Part shown: positions 1 to 10,361 of the stretch, in pieces
Layout of the letters: every line of letters begins with the position of its first letter
How positions within the stretch are numbered: position 1 is the first letter of the stretch
Assembly (NCBI GenBank): GCA_973895155.1
Contig: OZ316893.1
Span: 16,584,645 to 16,648,644, forward strand
Length of the DNA stretch: 64,000 bases
Source: Marsupella aquatica
Taxonomy: Eukaryota; Plantae; Marchantiophyta
Direction: 5' to 3'
The notes under the pieces: model-generated
Told to the model about the DNA's origin: nothing
The model's database searches: none
The model's input: the letters and a program-made list of their open reading frames with translations, nothing else
Made by a program: the position numbers and the translations under genes

Positions 1-439
1 GAAACCCCCCTGCACAAGCCGATTCCCGCAGGTTTTGCTCTTGGCAAGGCCGGTTCCGCGGCTTAGCGGCATGGGACGCTGCTAACTCTCTACTAACATT
101 TTACACACATATACTGGACAGATCCTTCATCGGGTCATGAGATACGTAGCCAACCTATTCTATGCCTTCCCTTATCTTCCTCTCGTGGTCTTCCTTTAGG
201 TATGTTTGGATTCCACCGCCGGAATGATCCCCAACTAGCTTGGGTAAGCCGCTAAGACCTCTCTCAGCTTGACACATCCAACTCTTACTACCTTGCTTAC
301 TCCCTTCTCTTGGTTGATGTGGGCAATCTTCAAACAAGTTAATGCGGCACACAAATAGCAAAATGACTCCTTCTGATTGAGTTATACCATGCACTTGCCA
401 TACAAACAGTACTTCTCATACACAAGATCTGCAAACTAA

Positions 440-3400
440 GCCGTGAGGCCCACTCTATTCATCTCTTAGGCATGAACAAGAAGCCTTAAAGGGTGAGTAA
501 CAAGCCCAAACTCTAAGCACTCTCGTAAAAAAATTGCAGAAACAAAGAAAATGGCAAAAAAGTGGCCAAAAATACTACCTGTTTTTTGACAAAATTATAA
601 AACAAACTGAAAGTATGAAAATGACACACTTTTTTCACCATCTCCTAATTACAAAATGATCTCAACTTACTTTTGATAAAATTACTACCTATAATTTTAC
701 TATGCCATTTTAGCAATTTTTACCAAAACATGATTTGTATTTTTAACAAACAATCAAATTACCTCCATAATTCATTAGACTTGGGAAAAATTCAAATTCA
801 TAAAATATGATCTCTTTTTGACTCTCCAACATGCGCCCCTTCACTCTTTGAGGAAGACTTTTCAATGGAAGATGATATCTCCACAAATTCACCACCTACG
901 CTTCCAGATGTACCCGTTCTGATCCAAATCAGATCACTCAATGGCTCCTCTTTTACTCTCAACCTGGCTCTCAACATGCCTGAGTTTGATTTGTTAGGCA
1001 ACATCTGAATTTCACAAACATATTGACCCAACTGGGCTCCCCCAACCTCTTCTTGGGGACCTCTTCCAAATTCTTATTCTTCCCCTTCAAGTTAATTTCT
1101 TGATATTGATTGGCTTCCAATCTCAGCCAAATGATGCAAGTGTGCCCGGGTGACCTTCTTGTGATGATCCTTTCCTTGCCGGAATTATTTGCAGCCTCAG
1201 TAGGTCTTCTTGTGTCCCCGCTTGTGTCAGCGCTCTTACACCTTCCTGGAATTTGAGAGATGTCAGACGACCATATTCACTCTCTCCCCTTGGTGCTTGT
1301 TGCAACGCTTGACCTTTCCAAAATGCACAACAATCTGGTTTTGAGACAGGACTTAGTGTTTTTAGAAACTTGTTACAATCGGTCTTCATGAATTCATGAG
1401 TCCGCTTTCTCAACTGTCCACTATCTTGAAGACCCTTGAGTCGGACACCCAAATTAACACTAGTCTCAACCACATGGGATAGAACTTAACGCCCGGGGAG
1501 GCTAATGCTCTCAAATGAGTGAGAAGAACTTAATGTAGACAAAACACACAAAAGAGCAAAAACCCTTTAACTTGAAACAAATGAAATAACATGTTTTCAT
1601 GAATAGAGGATGCCTATTTGAACTTAATTGGTCCTTTCTCTAATTTAAATGAATAAGAAATGCTTAAATCGTTTTTCAATAATTAAGCCAATCCTTTCAT
1701 GACATAGACGAACAAGTCAAGGAAAAAGTTGAAAAAATTATATTTCCAAATTTTTTTTATGACACAACACTTTATTAATTAGTCTTCTTGGCTACTAGGT
1801 GGTATCTTAGTCCTTTGACTTTTTGGCTTGTTGGGCAACTTAGGGCTTCTTTGGGCCTTTTCCCTTCCCCATACCTCCCTTTACTAGATTGCTCAATTAT
1901 TAATCTCACAATATTGTTTGGACTACGCAATCCAGTTTACTTGGAGAAATAAATCATTTTTAGGTTTGCATTCCCACGTTTTCATGAGGATAAACATTGG
2001 CATTAAAAACCCATATGTTTTTGCCCACCAAGATACGTACTTCCATGACTCATGATTGGAGAATTTGTTGTTGACCTACTGTTTCCATATGCTTTTTGGA
2101 ATATTGGCATTAGGAGCACTTTTTGCTTTTATTTCACCATATTTTTTGCATTTCTTGAGATTGAGTGGTTTGTCTTTATCCCCTTTTCTTTCACTCTTGA
2201 AGTCTTTCTTTTGGCTATTCTGGAGATTCTCTCCCTAAGATACCTTATTCTCTTTCATGAATTCATGAAGGGGTTACCACCTGGGAAACTGAGAAACCAA
2301 AAGCTTCATGAATTCATGAAGCCCAAAAACTGGTTGTGACAAAATACAAAGGGCAAAGACTGTGTTGCAAGCTCAATGACCTACAAAGGGCTAGGGTAGC
2401 CAATTGGCTATGGCAAAGGAGGCTGCGGCCTGGAGAGGGCTATTGCCCCTCACTTAAGCTCAAGTCGCATCAAGGTGCTGTCATCAGCTGCCGATTGAGG
2501 TCAGGCCTAATTTATGGTCTGGGAACGACTACTAATCTCTGCTGTCGCCTTCAAAATCCTGAAGCTGAAATTTTGAATTCCTGGTTTGATGTTGATGCTT
2601 TGATTGCTGGATTTCACCTGAGTGTTGGACTTTGATTTCTCAGATTTGGTTATTGAATGAGCTTCTACTGTGATTGACTGCTGCTTGAATTAGCTGTGGT
2701 AGACTCTGTTTAAATGAGTCAGATTCCAATTAGGGGAGATAGCCACAAAGGATCAGGGATAATTTGTGAAAATTTGAGCTTGAAAGCTAGATCTCAATCG
2801 AGCAGACCTAAGGATTGAAGGGGGAGCGAGTGGAGGATGGGAGAGGGAGCAAGGGAGATTGGAATGGGATTGATAAGGATTGGAAGGGGATTGGAAGGGG
2901 GGCCATTTAGGGATTGGAGGAGGGTGGACAATCGACCGTCAGGGGAACGATCAACCATCAGAGGGGGATGGAGCACCGGAGGAGGGCAGTCGAGCATCAA
3001 GGGGATGATCAAACATTGGAGGGGGAGCGGTAAAAGATCGGGGGGGAGGGTTTAGGATTGGGGAAGGGTTTCACTAATCAGGGACCGGGGGAGGGCCGAT
3101 CGGGAATCAAGATTGATCCAGGGAGGATTAAGGGTTGACCAGGCCTGGTCTGGGTCAAAAATGAGTCCAAGGTGGGTGGATTGGGAGCAGAAGCAAAGAG
3201 AACTATCGAGCTTGGGGGAACTAACTGGAGGGAGCTAGGAGGATCAGGTAGCTTCTTTCAGGTGAGAACCCGGCTTCATGATTTCATGAAGCCAGGTGGC
3301 TGCCCAAATCAAACTCGATGTACATTTCAATATTGGTATGGATCAAGAGAGTGAGGAGGACGTGAAGCGCACCAGAGTAGAGGGTGCAACAGAAGATGTA

Positions 3401-3834
3401 ACTATTGAGCTAGCTCGGATTGAAGCAAGGATCTTCTAGAAGTGGAGAGGAGGTTAGAGAAGCCTTAGATTAGTTGAGTTGCATTGTATTTAGAGATTTA
3501 GTGGACTTAGATGCACACCTACAATGGATAGTGGCATTCTACTTAAGATTTTGAGTTTGCACAAACTCAGATCAAAGACCGTAAATTTTATGTTTGTAAT
3601 TAAGTATGGATTTGTTGTTTTTGGTAATTGTGAAAATGATGTTGAAAATATCCCAAGATTTTCATTGAAAGAATTATAATAGCAAAGTTCACAAAACATG
3701 TTTCATTTTTATATGTTTTTTTAAAGCACTTTTGGAAAAATCATGAAAATCTTGAAAAAGGAATTCGGGCCTTGGACTCATCCCCTAAGGCTCCATGTTC
3801 ATGAGGAAACATGAATATACACAAGGGTCACAGT
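440..3834. mobile_element. Putative non-autonomous DNA transposon with degenerate ~75-bp terminal inverted repeats
   Basis: 441-513 (ccgtga..tattcat..catgaacaagaagcctta..ggtgagt..gcccaaactc) aligns with the reverse complement of 3762-3833 (ctgtga..tattcat..catgaacatggagcctta..gatgagt..gcccgaattc). Flanks caaactaa / ataactaa look like a decayed TSD. No convincing ORF inside. Confidence 0.45.
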
Positions 3835-4188
3835 ATAACTAACCGAGAGCTTCTTTTACTACTTGATCCCAGCCCTGCTGGTGCACTAAAAACTTGCTAA
3901 GAAGGCCCTAAGCTCCCCGCTGCCCAGGTACTTATCCTAGCAGTGGATCCGCCTAATTCCTTGCAGCGTAAGCCTAATCTATCCTAACTGAAATCTACCT
4001 ATGTACAACAAGGCAGGAGCACAAGTGTTGCTCTTACCAGCGGATCTGCAATCCCACTAATCTAAGTGTCAGGGCCGCCTCCTGGTCCTGATCCTAATTC
4101 TAAACTTGGAGATCTGAGCCCGCCCTGCCCACTCACGCCTCCTCCCTCCACGTTGGCCCTCCTTAAAAGGAGCGGCCCTCCACCACCG

Positions 4189-6270
4189 TCATGGTAGCGG
4201 TGGCTGATCCTCCATGGACGCCCCCAACGCTTCCTCCGCAGCCACTGCCGTAGGTCCGTCCTCTGACAGATTACCTACCCCGGACCGAGTCAACTCTCCA
4301 TCGGCCTGACTTGGTCCACCCTCGGCTTTGGCCTCAGCATCGGCCACGGCCATGGCCTCCGATATGGCTACGGCCTCCCTGGCCTGCTCTAGTGGTGGAT
4401 CCAGTACACCGGCTTCATCACTATTTGTTCCGGCTTTAGCCTTGCCATCCCAGCCTTCTAGGACAGTTGGATCCTTTGCCGTGACCCTGCCTAAGGTTGG
4501 TGCCGGGTTTACCTCCTTGGTTACGACGGCTTGAGAAGCCGCATTACTCCCTGACCCAAAAGGTTTACGCTTCTTCTTCTTCCCTGTTTCGGTAGCTGGT
4601 CCCTTCCCCTTGCCACTTACTTCCGACATCAGTGCGAGTGTCGCGGCTTGTCCTTCGGCCAGTACTACCCCTGGCAACTTGGTTGCCCCGATTGGAGTTG
4701 GAACTGATGAAGCCAAGCACTTAAATATTGCAGCTTGTTTCTTCAGCCGCTCCATTTGATTGTTGGCCCGCCGCTGTAAGTTCTCCATCTTCCTTGTGCT
4801 TTCTTCCAACTCCTCCTGCGTTTCGTCCAGGTCCTTGCACGCCTCCTCCAACTCCTTCTGGGCTTCCTCCAATTCCCTCTGGGCTTCCTCCAATCCCTTC
4901 TTTAAGGTAGCCCTCTCCTCCTGGGTTGCTCTTAGCTCCTTGTCAAGCTCCGTTATGACCTCAGACTCCATTTTGTTCATCTTGGCATAAGTCTGATCAA
5001 GCTGGTTGTCTTTCTCACGCAAGTCGGCCTTGAAGCTGGCCGTCAGGGATGCAAGCTCCTGCTGTAGCACAATAATCCCTTGATAGGATTTCCCTAACTC
5101 GGCCTCCTTCTGCTCAAGAGCTCCGCGGATATCCTCAAGCTCCCCCTTCAACGCCCTCTCCTTCCTCTGGGTCTCCGCCATGGCCCAATTGTTGGTTGCT
5201 ATGTGGGCCTCCTTTGCGTCCCTCAGCTCCCGCTTCCATTTCTCCCTTTCCTTGACCGCATCGGCCAACTCCCCTTGGGTCCGAGTCAGTTTATCCTTGA
5301 TAATCTGATTATCAGACTGAGCGGTATCCAGCTGCCCCTGCATGATGTTTAGCTCATGCCGCTTAATCCGTAGCTTATCTTGGGCTTTCTTGGCCACCTT
5401 CAGGTCCTCTTCCTTGGCTTCCTTCTCTCTAAGTCGTCGGATGACCTCGTCCTTCTTTCTTCTCTCCAAAGCCACCGCTTCTTCCAATCGGCGTTTTTCC
5501 AACATCTCCCTCTAGAAAAAGGGTCCCTGCTCCAACTCCTCCCCAAAGATGTTGAGCGCAAGTTCCCCACACATCTCCCCGTACTCCATGGCTCTTTCTT
5601 TAGCATAGGTGGAGTGAGTAGTAGTCATCGGCATCAACCACCGCGGCCTTTGTTCCCAAGCCGCCTTTCGGATTTCTTCTATCATGGCTGGAGGGCTGCT
5701 TCATTTTTCTGCAAGCCGCTGGATGTCCTCTGGCCATTCTCCCCCAGGTAAATCCTTCTCCCTAGCCAGGGCTGCCTCCTCTTCTTCCCTGAGTCACTCC
5801 TGAAACTCCTGTGCCATCTGTTTAATCCTGTCAAAGCTCGGGGGAGCGACATCTGGTGGGGGAGACTTGGGGCTGCTCTGCTAGGTGGGTCCCCTCAAAC
5901 TACTCTTGGAAGCTTGGGGATGAACCGGCCACAGGTCCTTACTCCTGGAACATGATGGTCCGACCCATAGCCGGAGTCATCATTGCCGTAGTCCTCCACC
6001 ACCTCCTCCCCGGCTTGGACTACCGACTCCCCCCACTGCTCTCCTTATCTTGTTGTGAACACGGCCTCTTGCCGATCATAACTCACAGGTCCTAGTTCCT
6101 CCTCCGACTTCCAAGCTATCTTTACCCTCTGTTTACCGCAAACAGGAGCTTTAGGCTGCTCTCCCTCGGCTTTGGGACTCGAGGCTCCTACATACATTTG
6201 AACCCCCGGCTCGTGTTCTGGCCTCCTTCTTTCCTTGGCTCCGATAAAGGGGTTTCCCCTCATGAGTCAG
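4189..6270 (-). pseudogene. 3' part of element E ORF: long coiled coil plus low-complexity tail (ORF 4189-5505 plus upstream stop-broken frame)
   Basis: Heptad-rich E/K/L/A sequence; KKKKRK NLS-like motif; premature stops upstream. Continues across the element A insertion to 21099-22666. Confidence 0.6.
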
Positions 6271-7381
6271 TGTCACTTGCCTCTCCAACGGTTAATACGT
6301 GCAAACCGCACTTTTCTTCGCTTAAACCGTTGGTATCGTATTACGGGGTCGTGGAGGGACGCTATTTGGATTCTTTTCACACCAGGATGAGTATTTTGGT
6401 TTCCGCTCCCGGAAATGTAGGTTTTGATCAAGTCTACCGACTACCCTCACCCCACAGCTTTTGATCAAGTCCTGCCGACTACCCCACTACACCTTCACTC
6501 GGAGTCACCCAAAGAGTGCTGTCACCACCCCTACTCACAAGGCCGACTCAAACCAAGCAAGTTTCTTCAAATCATAGAACGGGAGAACACAATTCGGAAA
6601 GCGAAAAAGGGAGAAGGAACACACAACAAAAGCCCATCAAGTCAAATGTACAGATCCATATCTCTTGGGAAAAACGATACACATTGCATGAGTAACCCGG
6701 CCTCCTGCCGTCTACTCAACTCCTGCCTCTCCGGACAATGAGTATGGCTCCCCCTCACTACTCTGAACACGCTTTCAAACTCCTCAGGCTCCACTCTATC
6801 CCTCCTTGCTAACTTCACACTGAGTCCCCCTAACTACTTCGGGGCTATCCCCCTAAATACTGAAAAATCACACCAAAGCACCCCTCACAGGGTCACAACG
6901 GTGGCGGCTACCCTAGCGGCGCCGCTAAAACCTTGCACTAAGAGAAATCCTTAAACTGAAGAGGAGCATGCGGCACACACATGCTGCTAAAACCCTAAAC
7001 CCAAAACAAGGGGGCCGACGGTGCCTTCGACGGCGCCCCAACAGTACACGTGAACCCTGAAAGTGAGAGGCACCCCAAAATGGCCGAAACTAGGTGCCCT
7101 TCCAAGTGCACACCTGAGCTCACCCCTGGATAGCTCTTCTTTTCCTGCTTCCGAATCACTAAGTCGCTCCCTCAACGGACTTCAGACGCCTGAGTTATGG
7201 CCGTTTCCGTACCGCAAAAACATAAGTTCTCCAGGCCATAACTTGCTCATCCTGGCTCCGTTTGAGGAGCGCCGCCTCTTGTTGGAATCAGCTCCGCGAG
7301 CTCATCCCAACAAGCCCATGAGTGACCCCCCACTAAAATGTTGGAAATCTGGAGGCCGTACACCCACGTCCGTACGCCTAT

Positions 7382-9238
7382 CTAATCCTCCTCTTCTTCT
7401 TCGCTCTCGGTGCCCGGACTTGTGCCCCGTGAGTGGTCCTCCTCCTCATCACTCACAGGAGTGAGTGCCACCGTACTTTTCTTCTTCTTCGACGGAGTAC
7501 TCTTAGTGCTGCTGCTCCCGCGCTTCCTCAAAGCAGCCAAGGCCTGCCACGCCTTGATGTACCCCTCACCAATTGTGTCCTTCCAGAGGGTAGCCTCTTC
7601 TCCGGACCGCAACTCCAACGGTAGAACTTGCCCCGTGGCCATGGGAGTCCCGGGGGTGACAGACCTGGGTGGCATCCCCGTACTGACCTGAGCCTCCCGT
7701 AACGATTTCCGTACCTCCCGGAGCTTCTTCTCCAAGCTCTTACTCTTCTCCTGACTCTTCTTGGCTCCATCCAACAAGGGTCCATACTTCCCACTAACCT
7801 CCTTCACCACCATCTCGATAGCTTGGGAGATCACATCCGGGGAAAGTGTGGAGCCAGGTGTGCCGGGACTCTTCCATTTCCCTAGACTCAGGGCCTCACT
7901 TCTCTTCGCTCGTGTCTCAAAGGCTGCCACCTGACTCCGTAGTGCTCCCACCTGGTTCCTCCACTCCATCACTTCTCCAGAATTTTGCTTCTCTTTGGCC
8001 AATGCTTGCCTCAACGCTCCTACTTCTTCTGCTTCCTTGGCCTTGGTGGACAAAGCTCCCTTCAAGTTGGTGATCTCTACGTGAGCTGCATTGATGTGCC
8101 TGACCTTCTCATGAATGGTCTGCTCCTTGGTCTTGATCACCTCCTTCAGTGACAGGATGCTCTGCTCTAACGTCTCTACTTTGACTGTGGCGTGCTTGAG
8201 AGACTCCCTCAATGCGTGGACTAGCTTGAGTCCCTCGTGGACTCCCTCTCTGAAATCCCGTAGCTCTGCCAAGTAAACATCCGGAATGTTGTATTCCAGA
8301 GGCTGTTTCGGATCTCCCACGAGTGATTCAAGCCACTCCAATGTGCAATCATCCTCCTGGTTCTCTTCTTCTCTATTATCCTCCCCACCAGCAGACAATG
8401 ATTCCTCCGTGAGCTTCCCTAAAACGGTAGTGGCAATACTCCGGATCTCCGTGGTGAGAGATGATCCCGTGTCTTCATGCCCCGGAGAACCAATCAACCC
8501 TTCTGCCCTGGCCAATACAAATGACCCCATCAAATGTACAGCCCCACCTGGTTTCACACTCCCGGGCTCAGCGGCCAATAGCTTCTTCAATCCGTAGCAC
8601 CACCATCCGTACACATGGGCTGGGTAGTTCTTGATGTCCATAGCTACCACGAAATGCTCCTCATTCAGCACTCCGGATTGCACGTTGCCAAGAACCCGTT
8701 GATGCACCTTGGCCAGGAAGCCCTTATACTCAACATCCTTGACAGCAGAAAGAGGGATGGCGGTGGTGGAGGTAGGATTGGTCACCCAAGTGGCCACCAT
8801 TTTCAACGTGAGTTCTCCCCTGATATTCCGAGGTGTGAATGAGAATTTCTGATTCTCAAGAAACAATAGCTTAGCCAACTCCACATGGGGCACTACACGT
8901 TTGAGACATTCAAAGTAGATTCCCTCCGTTCGGAACTCCATCCCGGCCTCAATGTCCCAGCTCTTCCCTGAAGGGATGGTAATCTCCACCTTCATGAATT
9001 CTGTAAGCCCGGTGGCTTGGAAAATGTTCCGACAATCCTCCATCACCTTGGTGGAGGTCTTGGGATAAATTCGACGAAAAATCTTCCTACCCACCGGTGA
9101 GGAACCCGCTGCCAATCCCGTGCTCATCATAACTTCTCTCTCTTCCCTTTCCCGTGTAATCCGAGTCTCCACGTAGTCACGGTAAGCAGCCTTGTATCTC
9201 CGAATGCGTGACGCACTAAACTCTGGTTGATCTAGCAT
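7382..9238 (-). CDS. 618-aa LTR-embedded protein (plant-transposon/Athila ORF2-like N-terminal domain, coiled coil, basic NLS, acidic tail), copy in 3' LTR
   Basis: Uninterrupted ATG-to-stop ORF, same sense as gag-pol, entirely inside the LTR. Motifs GLTEFM and LAKLLFL; coiled coil at ~aa330-520; SKKKKS; EEEEED terminus. Confidence 0.85.
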   Translation of the reverse strand: MLDQPEFSASRIRRYKAAYRDYVETRITREREEREVMMSTGLAAGSSPVGRKIFRRIYPKTSTKVMEDCRNIFQATGLTEFMKVEITIPSGKSWDIEAGMEFRTEGIYFECLKRVVPHVELAKLLFLENQKFSFTPRNIRGELTLKMVATWVTNPTSTTAIPLSAVKDVEYKGFLAKVHQRVLGNVQSGVLNEEHFVVAMDIKNYPAHVYGWWCYGLKKLLAAEPGSVKPGGAVHLMGSFVLARAEGLIGSPGHEDTGSSLTTEIRSIATTVLGKLTEESLSAGGEDNREEENQEDDCTLEWLESLVGDPKQPLEYNIPDVYLAELRDFREGVHEGLKLVHALRESLKHATVKVETLEQSILSLKEVIKTKEQTIHEKVRHINAAHVEITNLKGALSTKAKEAEEVGALRQALAKEKQNSGEVMEWRNQVGALRSQVAAFETRAKRSEALSLGKWKSPGTPGSTLSPDVISQAIEMVVKEVSGKYGPLLDGAKKSQEKSKSLEKKLREVRKSLREAQVSTGMPPRSVTPGTPMATGQVLPLELRSGEEATLWKDTIGEGYIKAWQALAALRKRGSSSTKSTPSKKKKSTVALTPVSDEEEDHSRGTSPGTESEEEEED

Positions 9239-9651
9239 CCATGCATCCCGAAATCAATTTCTCAATCACCAATCCCGTCACCCGTGGCAATGTCAATTCC
9301 CTGGCCCGAAACAGCCCCCGTAGCCCGATCACTTAAATTCTCTCAATTTCCCGTCACTACTCCGTGCGGCCGCCACTAATGCCTGGAAGAATGACGCCAG
9401 CAAGCCCCACTAATCCACCATGAAAGAGAGAGCTTCAAAAATAATTAGAATCTGGAGAGAGCTTCCGGCAAGAGAGAGAAGAACCCCGTTTTTGCTTTCG
9501 GCAATGAGAGGGTCGTGCAAAAGGAAGAGGGAAAGAAAAAGGAAGGAAAAAAAAATAGAACCGAAAAAACTCCTGGCGCCTTCGCCATGCGCCCCGGCCC
9601 ATTTCTCGGGCCTTACCCTTGCGTCCTCCTGCGCGCGGCCCTATGCAGGGC

Positions 9652-10034
9652 GCGCGGCCATTCCTCCCGGCTCGCGGGAGGCCCTTCAACTCCCCCCCGC
9701 TCGCGTGATCCTCCCAGCTCGCGGGAGGCCCTTTAACTCCCCCCCGCTCGCGTGATCCTCCCAGCTCGCGGGAGGCCCTTTAACTCCCCCCCGCTCGCGT
9801 GATCCTCCCAGCTCGCGGGAGGCCCTTTAACTCCCCCCCGCTCGCGTGATCCTCCCAGCTCGCGGGAGGCCCTTTAACTCCCCCCCCCCCCGCTCGCTTG
9901 CGCTCCTTCAGCTCGCGGAGCCTCATTAATTGCCCGGGCACGCAGCCCTATGGGCTCGCGAGGCAGCCCCTTCAGCTCGCGGAGCCCCATTAATCGCCCG
10001 GGCACGCAGCCCTATGGGCTCGCGAGGCAGCCCC
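9652..10034. repeat. GC-rich minisatellite in 3' LTR: 47-bp unit x4 (plus a degenerate copy), followed by a 64-bp unit x2
   Basis: gctcgcgtgatcctcccagctcgcgggaggccctttaactccccccc starts at 9699, 9746, 9793, 9840; ttcagctcgcggagcc... starts at 9907 and 9971. Confidence 0.9.
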
Positions 10035-10361
10035 TCTTTCTCTCGGACGGCCACTAATGGGACTCGCCCTCCTGAGGAGGGATTTATTTAAAAAAAAACC
10101 CCCCCCTCTCCTGACTTTGCAATGGGGGTCTCAACAATAGCTCTTGAAGCAAAACGGTAAGTCCTATGGGGCTGGTCCTGGCTAGTTTCAAGGTCCCAAA
10201 ATATTTGCCCACTTAGGTCGCCGCAAATCTTAGAACTATTATGAGAGAAAGAATATAAAGTCACCTGGGGCATCATCAACCTATAATGACGGAATTAACT
10301 AAAAATTAAAAAATGGCTTATTTACATTGACTATTAACAAGGTATCGGCCTTTGCAACCAG

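Noticed and set aside
155-3699. Short ORFs in the first 3.7 kb, and the many antisense ORFs overlapping gag-pol and TnpD elsewhere
   Set aside because: Shadow or chance frames without motifs.
4189-5505. Host myosin/SMC-like gene
   Set aside because: Generic coiled coil; it is the tail of a stop-broken TE ORF split by element A.
7382-9238. Calling the LTR ORF a retroviral env
   Set aside because: No signal peptide or clear transmembrane segment is visible; the NLS-like and coiled-coil features argue otherwise.
9699-9890. 47-bp repeats as a CRISPR array
   Set aside because: Head-to-tail units with no unique spacers, no cas genes, and a eukaryotic TE context.
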